Shown piece after piece: positions 15,201 through 27,736 of a stretch of 64,000 nt of DNA. The stretch lies in assembly GCA_000320545.1 (NCBI GenBank), contig ADNK01002609.1:1-64000 (forward strand), in the 5' to 3' direction. The notes under the pieces were generated by a model that saw only the letters and a list, made by a program, of their open reading frames with translations, made no database searches and was not told the origin of the DNA. Numbering within the stretch: the stretch's first letter is position 1; the number at the start of each line of letters is the position of its first letter. This DNA is from Bigelowiella natans CCMP2755. Its lineage: Eukaryota > Protista > Cercozoa. The translations under genes and the position numbers were made by a program.

Positions 15201-15929
15201 CTGTATATCCTATACGACAGCCGGGAGTCTGCAGATTTACGAGGAGAGGAATGCTGTTATTCTGGGAGCCCCTGAGACCCATAAATGCGACAGAGAAACC
15301 CATAGTTGTGGATTTGACTGAGAAGAAGAAGAAGGACAGGAAGAAGCCGAGACGCATTAAAGGCCTTACGATAAAGAAAGGCCCTTTCACCTTCTCCGAG
15401 GGATCGCTAGTCTCTATAGAGCCCGTAGTACAGGTATTTAGTGATTAACAACACGTTGATTATGCATTGCTCATTTGGCTTACTGCTCTAGTCGCTTTGC
15501 CTCGATGCTGATTGCCTTCTCCGCCTCTCCGTTCGCTGTTTGTTGTTTCTTCAGGAGAAGATAGACGCTTCGGGCAACTTTATTTGCAAAATCGCTCCTG
15601 GGGTCTTCGATTGGTTAGGCCAACACTTGAAGTTCCTTGACTTGCATGGAAATAAGATCTTAGAGTTGCCTCCGGGATGCTTTGACGAATTGGTGAATCT
15701 CGAGACGCTCTATCTTCACCGCAATGTGATTGAGGAGCTTCCTGAAGGAATCTTTGACAAGCTTGTAAATTTGAAGCACCTATGGTTGCAAAGATGCCAC
15801 ATCAAACATCTAGACCAACTCGTATTCCGGAATCTCATTAACCTCACGCACCTCAACTTGCAGGTGTTTAGATGTTATTGTTGTTGCTGCTGCTACGCGC
15901 GCTCACTTTTCTCTCTCTCTCTATCTCCC

Positions 15930-16010
<81 letters not shown>

Positions 16011-16380
16011 AAGTTTCGCCGTACTTATCGTTACCTTCTTTCTTGAACAACAGCGTAACAGGATCAAGAAATTCAGAATGGGCATCTTTGACTCGTTAAC
16101 AAATCTGATGAATTTGTTTGTCTTCGGCAATCGCAATAAGTAAGAAAGAGAGCGCTCATAATGAAATTGCGTTAGATCAGTGCGGGACGCTTCATTGCCT
16201 TGGTCTTACTTTCTGTCTGTCTACGTTTCTCTCTTCCCTACATATCTCCACAGGTATCTTACAGATGGGGTTCTTGATGAGCTTCGAGTCTGTAAATGCT
16301 ACGTTAGTCCCAGACATCAAATGGTTCGCGTGCATCCTACGTGCAAAGTGATACCCTTTCCTGACGAAAAGGTAGAATAG
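5371..16380 (+). CDS. Multi-exon protein with five C2 domains, a basic linker and C-terminal leucine-rich repeats
   Basis: Five sets of C2 motifs: SDPY/SDPF near 5525, 7055, 9028, 11021 and 13167; KKNLNPTW/KTLNPEW/KKTLNP/KKNLNPRW/KKSLNPTW; DHDLFGNDDFMG, DRDIIGSNDFLG, DHDVIGTDDFIG, DHDVFGSNDFLG, DHDVLSADDCMG. Phase-consistent exons (14347, 14861, 15221, 15555) lead to LRRs such as LPPGCFDELVNLETLYLHRN and LPEGIFDKLVNLKHLWL. Stop at 16380; true start may be upstream of 5371. Confidence 0.8.
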
Positions 16381-16899
16381 TAGACCATTGGTGACGATGT
16401 GTGCATTTCGAGGTGCAGCGAGGAGCCGCCCTCTCCCTAACCTCGTGCTTCTCCCTCACATCTTCGGTTTCCACTCGTATCTGAATTTTTATTTTTTCCC
16501 GAAAATTGGCAGCTCTCGCAACTTCCGCGAAGCATAAAGGAAAAGATATGGCCACGAAAAACGAAATACGGCGCGGATCGATTCGGTCCCGGAGGGCTCA
16601 TCAACCGCTCTCATTCTTTAATAGGAGGGCTAGGGTGATGTTTGAACTGTTCAGCACAGAAAAAATGAACACAAACGTGATGCAGATCAGAACAAATTTG
16701 TGTGGAATTGTGTGGTTTGTTAGGTATTCGACAGGGTCCCCGAAGCACAGTGAGGAAAACCCCAATGCAACAAATGCAATGGGTTCGGGTTATGCCTCGG
16801 CAGGAAGTGGAGATGAAAAAAGGGGAGCAAATTCGAAAGGGAACAAGACCAGCAAGGGGAAAAAGGGAAGCAAAAAGGGGAAGAAGAAGAAAAAATCTC

Positions 16900-19800
16900 G
16901 CAAGTAGCAGTGCACTTCAATCTCCAAGACGTCAGCCGAAGGAGATGCAACAAAGATTGAAGATGAAACTTCGACGTGTGGGAAGAAAGTCATGCAGCCA
17001 TTGTCACCTTGCACCCCACACACAAAGATTTCTCGTTGGCACTGCAAATGGGACGCATCGTCCAAACCATGAACACCTGGACACGCACTTGAACCTGCCA
17101 GCATGTCAAAGTGTCACTGCTGGCCAGCGCGCGCGCCATGCAGGTGGTCACGCTGTCGCGCTCACCCTGGGGTGCACGTCGCCCTCGTCAGCGGCGTGTG
17201 CCAATCTAGAAATGGGGACGTGTCGAGCGCGCACTTGCTCTCAGCCGGCAAGTTCGTTGCAGAGAGACGCACGTGGCCCTGCCGACGGGGGACTCCCGTG
17301 CCTGCACTGACTTTGTGCGGGGCCCGCGTGTGCATCGCTGCTGAAAACACCACTGTGTTCACACCGACCGTGGTGATGCCCTGGCTCACTGCTGTGCGTT
17401 TGGGTGTTGCCACCTGCCTCGCTAGCTCGCTGTGGTGAGCACGACATCAAGCAGTCGTTGCAAAAGCGTGCGTGCCACTGCGTTTGCACCGACCCTGGTG
17501 ACACGCTCGCTCACAGCTGTTGGTGCTAAAACGACTTGACGGCTGTGCTTTGCGCCAATCGCGGTGCCAATTTGAAGCCAAAGTTTCGAACGAGAAACAT
17601 CGCAAAGTCCTCCAGGTGTGGGAACGAGTGCCAGAGTGCACACAAGCAACCGTTTCCTGTGATGCACTTTGTTCTATGTTGTCGTTCTCAAAAATGTCAA
17701 TGTGTTGAGGTGAGGACGCAAACTTTTGCCTCCAGCCCGTGACAACGCAATGCTGGAATGGCGTGGCCCAAAGTCGAGGTCAATTGAAACCCTGTCAAAC
17801 CAGTCTGACTTCGGTTTGCACGCACGCACTCCACTGCCACGATTGCCGAGAGCGATTCCCCACTGACATCCCCCGGAGGGCCATCGACCTGGTGCAGGGA
17901 CACACATGTCCACATGCGTGTACGCGCAAGGAACACATGTGCCCATGCACACCACATCTAGCACATGCACCCAAAAAGCACACATGCTCTGTTCACATCC
18001 CAACATGCACCAAACAAGCCACTGCACATGTGCCTTGCAAGCAACACATGGTGCACATGGATGCATGTGTGCACATGTGAGCGCTGTCATTTGGCACATG
18101 TGCAGCTATGGGCACATGTGAAGCATGCGATGTGCACATGTCGTAGACGGCTACACGGACAGGGACATGCATGTCCATGTGCTGGGGTGGACTGCGGAGC
18201 TTGGGACCTGCTAGCCTGGTTGTCGTGATTGGGGGAAGTGACTGGATCGCGCAGTTGTTGTCGCATGTGCGCACTCCTGAAATGGCGACAGCCAATTGTC
18301 CCAGTGTCCGTGCTTTTGTGCATCGGGGAAACTTGAGAAAAAACTGACTTCCAGACTTCGTTCTCTCACGTGCGCCTGCGTGCACGGCAAGGGTTTCTCA
18401 CTCCCCGGGAATCCCGGCAGGGATGCGCGGACTTTCAAGGTGTGCCTTGTTTCGGCGGCAGCCGAAATTTTTTTTAGGATTTGAACTAAAAACGAAGATT
18501 TCCTTGCAAAAAATCGAATTTCATGTGTGAACATCCACATGGATTTCCATGGATTTCTTTGGCCGAAATTGACGTGAAATCTCTGGCAACGCTCGCAACT
18601 TTTTTTCACACGAGCTCATTGGGGCCAACCCCAGCACACCACACCAACCTTCCTTGCCCTCTTACCCTCATGTCAAGTTCAGAGAAGTGTGTGTTGAAGA
18701 ACGGGAGTCATGTGAGGGTGCATCATGAACACAACGGGGTCGTAGTTGCACACGACAGTGTGATTTCTCTGCCAAAGTGCGGTTGGGGTCATGTGACGAG
18801 GAGGCAATTGCGAGGAGGCTGGACGGGAAGACACATCCTTGGGGAGAACTTGAGGCAATGTTCTCGGTTGCTGAGGACGAATGGCGTCACATCAGGAGAA
18901 GCTGCAAGGAGGATGGTTTGAAGGATGTGTGCCAGTCATGCCTGTGTGCTGACCACACAAGATGCATGTGCAGATCCGGAACACACAACCCTCCAGAGCT
19001 GGCATCGCAGTGTTTGATTGCATGTTCACACACAACACACACACACACATGCATTATATGCACACATGCACACATGCACACACACAAGCACACACACACA
19101 CACACACACACATGCACACACACACATGCACACATACACGCACACACCATGCACGTGTGCATCGTGGCTTGCCTTTTCTTCGTTCATCACTCGCTGTTGA
19201 ATTTGAACACGTCATTTTGAAATTGTGAATCATTTCAGAAGAAATGTGCCAATTTTGACCAGTGAAAAATGAACTGGCATGAGCCCGCTGCGCCGCGCTG
19301 CGTGCACACTGCGCCTCGCTGCGCCTGCCACAAACTGCAAAAAATCATGCTTGCGCGCGCATTTTTGCTCCGGAAACGTTCAATTTTGTGTTTTGAGTTG
19401 TGAAAATTTGAGAGAAGAAAGATCTTTTTGCACCTGTCACTTTGGCATGGTTTTTGTGGAAGGAGGCGAAGTCAGGGGCGTTTCCGGAGCACTCAAAGTT
19501 TGTGCCCTACCCATTTTCGATTTTCCAAAAAACAATTTTTTTTGCTTCCCTGAGGGTCCTAGGGCCCTCACATGGTCCACAGGGGTCATGTGTGAAAGTT
19601 TGGAGTGGAATCCGCGCATGCCTGCCGGGATTCCAGGGGAGTGAGAAACCCTTGGTGCACGGCGTGCACGTCCAACTCACGTCACCTCAGTGATCACAGT
19701 GGGGTGAATGCGTGGCGTGCACGAACGTTGTCGTGCCACGTGCAGAGCTCCACGAGAGTCTCAATTGACTTGGTGGTTTCTTCCAACAACGTTCCAACGC

Positions 19801-20820
19801 TGCCCTTCAATCCCTTGGCCTCCATCAGTGCGGGCCAGCGGGTTCAGAGTTGACCATCGAATCCTTGACCACCTCACACCACACGCCACCAGATTTGCAA
19901 TTTTCTGTGTTTGTGCTTGTTGTTTCAGCGACGTTCCGTGGGTCTTCAAGCACTTTGACATGAAACATGAAACATGAAAGAAGCATTGATCAAAATCACA
20001 CACGCCAGAACCACACGGGAGACCAGCGTTGACACAGCGTCCAGCAAATCCGGGAACCCGTGAAAACATGAACCCACCTCAGCGATGCTGGCAACAGCCT
20101 TCACTGCGCCTGCCGCACAGTTCTTGAGGACTGGCATCATCGACTCCGACGAAGATGCTGCTGCACTAGTCTCAACGGTGCCGCGGGGGTCAGTCATTTC
20201 GGCCATGGTTTCCTGAGTTCTTGCAAGTTTGACGCGATCAGCTTGCAGTTCCTTTTCACGTGAACGACAATCAAAACCCATTGCTTATGTGACGGAATCG
20301 CCCTGCGATCTGCACATGCGAGGCTCCATTCAGCTTGTCGCAGCATCCGACCGGACCGATTCATGCACAGATTCGAGGCACGAACTGGCGTCTTCCGGGT
20401 GAACGAGCTTCCGGCGGCTGATGGCTGCTTCGCTACTTCTGTCGGCGACGTCTGACGTGCTTGTCAACTCGGTGATGGTCGCTGCATGAATGAAAATAGT
20501 TGCGTGCGAATTGAGACAAACACCCTCTGATGGTGCTCTCAAACACAACAAGAAGATGACTCTCCAGCTGCACACTTCAAATCGTCGCAGTCCACTCGCA
20601 CCATCAAATGACCACTGCTCACTGCATCGCATTTTTCTCGTCAGATTCTCTACACCTACGTCATTCATTCACAGCCGGGCACATTCAGCTTCGAAGAAAG
20701 CGTTGTGGATTTGCTGTAATGATGACAATCTGTCACATGAAGATTCACCTTCATGATGAATCTCAGAGTCTTGAAGTCCACCACCTTCACCTTTGCACAG
20801 TTTTCTTCGATATGAAACAG
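16900..20820. pseudogene. TpA-depleted degenerate island with relics of coding sequence on both strands
   Basis: About 27 TpA in 17041-20820 by manual count and none in 19562-20166. Tyr-free, His/Cys-rich ORF fragments (HRPNHEHLDTHLNLPACQ; KDVCQSCLCADHTRCMCRSGTH). Broken minus-strand frames at 19946-20850. Confidence 0.65.
18388..19654. mobile_element. Non-autonomous hAT-like TIR DNA transposon (1267 bp)
   Basis: 44-bp TIRs at 18388-18431 and 19611-19654 (42/44 identical, starting CAAGGG). Perfect 8-bp TSD gtgcacgg at 18380-18387 and 19655-19662. No transposase recognised. Confidence 0.85.
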
Positions 20821-21573
20821 TCTTGCAGAGTATCATCCTCGTCTTATTGAGAAAAATAAACGATGTGTCAGGGTGCTAAGTTTTTTCCGAACCACAGTCT
20901 GTTTCTGCCTTCTGGTAATAAATGTCCAATAACGTTGTCTTGATCTGAACTAATTGACAAGCCATTATCGTTATATTATATCGTCCATGAAGCCTATTCT
21001 CATCAAAACACTGATGACTTCCAGGCCTACCTCTACCGAAATGCTACGAGCGTTGTCATCAAAGCTAGATGCTTCGGGCTGGTAGTATCTTCGACTAGGA
21101 TTTGCATATTTTTAAGTCCTAAATTTGAATCTGGGGAATCTATGCTGAATGGCAGCTGTTATGTTTCTCTTTTTTTCATTGCTGCTGTTACAGAGCGCCG
21201 TATCGTTGAGTTTTCTGTACGTCATTGTGAAGTCCTCTATATGCGTGCGGAGTCTGAGGAACTTGAGGTAGTAATAGTCTCAATAGTAGTGCCTCTAATG
21301 TGAGGGAGGGGGCTCAAATAGCAGGGAGGTGGCTTTGCGACAAGTCAATTCATATAAATATGCATACATAAATATCTTAAAATGTTTAAAATATGCGTAA
21401 ATATATTATTATATATAATTTTATGTACATGCATACATGCATATATTTACAAACTTACTGTTTGCTACTGTAACTCTTATACACACACATATTATACATA
21501 TATACATCAATAGCTATTTCGTCGGTCTTTAAACCATAGTGATTTTCCGCAAGCATTTCCTGCATGGCCCCTC

Positions 21574-22902
21574 ATGAGAATGCTTCTCCCATACCTACAC
21601 CCCAGCTTCGGAATGTTCGCCTGTGCGTACACTTGCAGCTTGGTCGAGTTGTTCTGCATCGCATCGTTAGAGATAATTGATGTTCCTGACGCAACAGCGG
21701 CTAAGTGCAGCTGGTGTGTTTCGCTCACAAGCCTCTGCTGCTGCTGCTACTGCTGCTGCCGTAAGTCGAGATCTAGCAGCTTAGAGCGGTGGGAAGATGG
21801 GGATGGACTTCCCACGAGCTACAGCGTAAATCACCAGCAGCACCAGCATCAACACCAGCAGCAATATAGCAGGATGCTTCAGGAAGTAGAGGCAGACGAA
21901 GGCAATGCGTAACACCCACAACGGCGAAGATTTCTTGAAAAAAAAAAGGGAAAAGGAGAATCATGAGGGAGGGGAATCAGACAAACACCGATGATTGATT
22001 GTTGCTGAAAAAGAAGAAGAAGAAGAAAAAGAAGAAGAAGGCGGGGGTGATGTTTTCCCATGGAAATCATACATCTATCGTCGATGTTGCTAGCTCCTGT
22101 ATGAGGGTTTGATTTTTCTTGAAGAAAGGCTTCGTTCATGCCATCTTGGAAAGAGAAGTAGTAGGGTCAGGAGGGGGAGGAGGAGTAGGAGGAAACTTAT
22201 CAAAGCCCGTCAATGACAAACAGAGAGAGTTTGCAGCTTGTCCGCATACAATTTCCTCCATTTCGCATCCTCCTCATAGCATTAGATGTAGTAGGCACAG
22301 CGTCCTTCTTATCTTATTATTCGTCGTCATCCTCAGGTCAATTTGGCCACACTCATCTGAGATTTACTATCCTGTACGCGGCGCTCATTCTCTGCATTGG
22401 TACCTCCCCGATTTGGCTGTCGTTGGTACTTACCACTCCTCAGCAATGATACCTACAATCAAATAGAGAGCGACCAGCCCTGACCAACTGTCTAGAAAAA
22501 ACGGCAATTAGCTGCGAATGAGATAGTGATGATGATGACGATAATGATGACGATGACGACGATGATGATGACGGTGACGATTTCACGGGTCTAATTCCTA
22601 GCCATTGTTTATATGAAGATAATTCCGGATAAGATCATGCTGGTGAATGCCGTCGTTATGGCCCTCTTCAGGTTGGTCTACACACATAAGCACACGGAGC
22701 ACAATTTCGAAATGTTCATTATCTTACGTCGCCGTTGGCGTTGCCTCCCCCCCCCCCTCCCCCCCCCCCCTTCCCCCGACAGCTTCCTTTGGCTTTGGGT
22801 TGCAATGAACGCTATTTGGAATTTTAGCTGCATGCTGACAAGGCCCGTGCTGAGCCTCAATGCACTTGAAGCGAGTCGAAAGTAGTTGCAGCAGCTCTTC
22901 TC

Positions 22903-22934
<32 letters not shown>

Positions 22935-23188
22935 CGCTCTTGCTGTTGTTGTTTTTGTTGTGTTGTGGTTGCAGGGATGGTAGTGGGTGGCTCTAAATCC
23001 TTGCTTCAATAACTAGCCATTACGATTCATATCTCCAACTACTAGCAATTACGATTCATATCTTCCCCCTCATCCTCATCATCATTATCATCATCATGCT
23101 GCCGTGTGTTGATCTGCTAGGAGAGACTTTCGCCATATCGTGATCGTCCCTTGCTACCTAGACCCTGTGGAGGTGCTCTACATATAAG

Positions 23189-23224
<36 letters not shown>

Positions 23225-23570
23225 CTATATGAATAATATGCAATATTGATATGGTGTTTTTACCATCCGATCTACTATTAATACCCATTTATACAACCCA
23301 TTCTCATGTTATAAGCATCTTAGATATGTTGATCCATCAAATCTCTTCTTGTTGTAGGTGTTGTTTGACTGCATGGGCTCGCTGATACTGCAAGGAGAAG
23401 AGGTGTCTATGCACTTAAGACACTCCGCCACATCTCCACACACCTCGCTCATTTTTATTTTTATCATTATCATTATCATTACCATTCTTATCATTATTGA
23501 CCGTTACTCAACTCAACCTGCTCCTTGCCATCGTATGGTTTCTTCGTATCTTCAAACTCCCCCCCCCACA

Positions 23571-23610
<40 letters not shown>

Positions 23611-24010
23611 AAAGGTGTGCAAGCGACTGGTTGTCGTCGTTACATTTGAGGCGCGTACACCTGGTACACACACACACACACATACACACAAACACACATA
23701 TATTATTATCTAGTATCTCCTTCTCCACCTTTTCCCCCTGTTATACGTTCTTGTTTCTATATCTTGGAGATTCTTCGTTTCAGAGTACTAGCAGTAGTTT
23801 GTTTAGTGTCCTTTCATTCAGTGTTGCTGGTCTTCTTCCCCCCCCCCCCCCCCCCCCCCACTCCTGATTGATTCACAGATGTGGACTCGAAGGTGCAGGC
23901 AGTGCGGGCTGCTTTTACAGACAAATTCGGTGACTTGCTAGTTGTCCGGCACACACTCATACCCTCTAGAGAAATTCCAGGAGGTAATTTGCATGCTGCA
24001 GGATACTACT

Positions 24011-24050
<40 letters not shown>

Positions 24051-24646
24051 TGAGTATTTGATTACCAGATAATACCCAAATCATAGCCATTTCCCCTTCC
24101 TCCTCCTCCTCCTCCTCTTCTTCTTCTTCTTCTTCTTCTTCTTCTTCTTCTCGGTCGCGTTCATGCTCGTTGTCCTATCACCAATAATTGCCTCTACTCG
24201 TCACCCACCGCCACGCTCAGGCTGCTCAAACAAGAACTTCGCTCTCCGGACAGCCCATGCATTTGTGAAGCGAAAGTACTACCTCGGGGGGCAGGAGGAG
24301 CAGAAGGAAGGGGGGGGGGGGGGGAGAAAAAAAAAAAAACCAGTTGCTTCGTGACCCTCGTTTGTCTGCAGCGGGAGGAGAAAGGGGCCACGAGATTGGA
24401 GGAGGAATAGGAGGAGGAGGAGGAGAAGGAGGAGGTGGTGGTGGTGACGGGGATGATCAGCAGCAAAAGGACCGAAAACACTATGCAGTCACGGTTACCA
24501 CGTGCGACACTGACTCCCTCTTCTACCCAGAGTACTTCACTACGTTAGAGGCGTGTTACAATGAGGCAAATCCGAAGCTTGGCCAACCACCCCAAATGCT
24601 TGTTTGGCAGCCCCCTCTCTTCTATAACTGGTAGTGGTAGTGCGGC

Positions 24647-24677
<31 letters not shown>

Positions 24678-24983
24678 ATAGTCAGTAGAAGTAGTATGGT
24701 GCGTCGATCTCTGATGATGTGCCGATTGATCACCGCATGAGATTATGTTCTGTTCTAGCAGTTTTACTCATTGGCGTGCATTTCTGTGTGTGCTGTTTGT
24801 GCGGGAAGGAACCTTGACGAAAGGCCATTCTTCAACCGAATTACAGGGATCATGCGTTCTATGATGATGCTGGGAGGTAGCGCGTATACTCTCTCACACA
24901 CACACACACACACACATTGCATATCTCAAGATGATATATGGGTGTGTGTGTGTGTGTGTGTGTGTGTGAGTGTGGACGTGAGA

Positions 24984-25025
<42 letters not shown>

Positions 25026-26665
25026 CCTAAAGTATTTGTTCTACATGTTCATTATTATCGTTGGTCGTGGTGGTCGCCATTCTCACGGTCATCACTCCCT
25101 ATGATCAACTGCAGGCTTAATCGCTCTGAATCTGAATCCTATGAGCGTCTTCTCCTACCCCTTAGAGCTTGGGTAGTACTTATTTCGTGATCTAATGCGT
25201 ACGATGGTGAATTGACAGGCAACAACAACGACTACGATAATCACCGCCATAGAGCCGAATCCTATCATCTTCATTCATGCATGCATCGTCATCTGCCCCC
25301 TCCTTCCCCCCCCCCCCTGCGTAGGGCCAAAGCTGGCTTCATCAACCCTCGTTATGGCGTAGACGACATCATCGCGAAGGTGCGGTGGATGTGTGCAACT
25401 TCTGAGAAAGTTCCCGTGGAACTGCTGCCGGTGCCTGTGATCTCCGGCCCGACGATAGGAGCGACGTTCAGCGAGGAGTACAATGAGTGGGCGAGGCAGA
25501 TCCGACGCTGGATTGTAGGGTCGTCGGAGTCGTTTCACTACTTCCTCATCCACTTTCGGGGCACACCGTTGATCTCTGGCCTGGTGTGGTTCTTCCTCTT
25601 CTTCCTCTACTACGCCGTTCTGCTCTGCTGCGGCGGCGTATTCCAGCTGCTCGCCAGCTTCCCCCTGCCATACGTCGAGCCGTACGTGTTCCATTATAGG
25701 CTTTCTCTCCTTCGAGGTGTAATAGTAGTAATAGTAGGAGGAGGAGGAGGAGGAGGAGGAGGAGGAGAGATTGATCAGAAACAACTCTCTGCTGCTGCTG
25801 TGGTCATCGTTGTTCGTAGGCTGCTGCTTTTGCTTGGCATCGTCGTTTTTGTCAGCGTTGCGCACAGATCGCAGCTGCGGTTTCGCCCAGGCGATTCTAC
25901 ATTCTCTATCTATCCCCTCTCCCCCCCCCCCCCCCCCCCCTCCTCCTCTTTGTTTCGATAAGACGTTGTGTTTGCCGTTTATTTTCCAGGAAGTAGCAGC
26001 GAAGAGGAGCACGAGTTCTCTTTGGCGTATGCGGGCCTCGTAGCTCTCGGCGTGCAATACGTGGCCTTTGCTGTGGCGTTTATAATCGATAGAATGGCCG
26101 TCCGTTACATGAAAATTAAGGAGCAGATCAGCATCACGCGCAACATCATGCACTGGGTTTTGGCCCCCGCCGTCCTTCTGGTGTACTCCCTGGTGGCATT
26201 TGCGAGCATCCTCAAATTCGTCTTTGTCGGAAAGAAGATGGCAGGGCACGATATGGCTGCGAAGGAGGTCTGATTAAGCAATCGGCCTAGTTGTTGTTGT
26301 CGTCGTTTCTTGGGTTGGTTATTGTTGTTGTTATTTTTGTTTATTTTTTTATGCGATGAAGGGCTCGGATGTGGCTCGCTTATTTCTCTCCCTCTTCCTC
26401 CTCTTCTTTCTTCCTCCTCTTCTTTCTCCCTCCCCGAACCTGAATTCTGTGAGCATAGGGACTTCAGACGGATTCCGTACTCAACGACGCAGTGGATGCT
26501 GCGCTCATCAATAACCAGATTGTGAACGAGGCAGGAAGTATTGAGCACAAGAGCAAAGCGCCAGCTGAAAGCAAGGAGTCAGCAGATGCCTACAGCAATG
26601 AGCTGCTGTACAAGCTTGGGTCACACGTCCACTTCGGGGGATATTCAGAAAGAACTCATCGATGA
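21574..26665 (+). CDS. Membrane-bound processive glycosyltransferase, GT2 family (D,DxD,D,QxxRW type)
   Basis: Exons encode HIVIVPCY, GCSNKNFAL, TTCDTDSLF (DxD), WQPPLFYNW, GVDDII, ARQIRRW and several hydrophobic TM segments. Last exon ends 26665. 5' end uncertain (about 21200-21600). Confidence 0.8.
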
Positions 26666-26689
26666 TTTGAAAAGTCTCGATGCGATGTG

Positions 26690-27420
26690 GGTTTATTGCT
26701 AAACAGCATGCGCACTGCGACCGCGTGCGTGCATGTAGACCGCTAGATCGGTCAGGGTTTAGATTTGTTCTTTCATGTCATTCGAAACACAATCACAATC
26801 CTTGCAGCAGAAAAGCCAAATCATGCTGTGCATGTGCGTGAAGCGCAGCTATTGCATGTGAGGCCGTAGTGTAAAGGTTGTAGCAAATGAACATACCTGT
26901 AGATACGTGTGCAATGAGATAGCTAGCTAGCAAGGCGGATAAATGATTCGATCATTCTGGAACATAAACCATTTGTTGCACATCGAGATCTAAAAGTCTA
27001 AAATTGCGCGCGTTGTTCATGCCGTTATTAGCAGTATTATTAATTGTTGTTTTATTCATGCATGCACACGTGCAGCTAATCTAGCAACAAAGCTAGAAAG
27101 GCTTCACATGTAGACATTCAGACGAAATGCACAGAAGCTTGCTGCATCTAGTGCCAATGATCGTAGCTGCTGTTGCATGGTTTCCAATCGAATGAGTCCT
27201 CATCCTGTGTAGCTAGCTAGCTGTGCTAGTGTGTAATGTTGTGCACAGTTCTGTGACAGCTACGCTTGCTTGCCGCACAAGGTCCACTAGCCATGGATGC
27301 AGCGGTAGACCGTGTCTAGATGTAGCGCCCATTGCACACATGCCGTAGTATACACACACACACGTACAGAAACACACACGTAAAATATTCAACATGCACA
27401 TCGTGCATACATATAATGTA
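26690..27420. other. CTAG/GCATGC-rich tract at a convergent junction (GT2 / VPS45)
   Basis: agctagctag, gcatgc and tgcatg enrichment between stops at 26665 (+) and 27737 (-). Confidence 0.65.
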
Positions 27421-27736
27421 ACATCACTACTTTATTAAGAGTTCAGGACGTGGTGCGAAAACAGTAACAATGTCTGGCTGGTGATGCATGGCCTGAATTT
27501 CTGTCAGGTATACAATGTTATCCGCTGTTTATGTGCGGTAATAGATTTTTAATAGCTACGAATTGCAAGGCGTGTAGATCAACTTCATTCCCCTCAGAGT
27601 CCAACGGCGGTCAGCGGTGTTTCAGGCCATCAAGACTGCATCGTTTTCTTCACACGTGGCTGCCTAATGCAGCAAGGTGGAAGCGACGTCTGAGTAGCAC
27701 GAACCCCTCCCCTCTCCTCCTCCTTCTCCTCCTCCC

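Noticed and set aside
17100-19230. Many overlapping His/Cys-rich ORFs resembling metal-binding proteins
   Set aside because: By-product of TpA loss: TAA/TAG stops and Tyr codons vanish while CAY/TGY codons rise in all six frames.
23012-23066. Short tandem duplication actagc(c/a)attacgattcatatct
   Set aside because: Only two intronic copies; local slippage, not an array.
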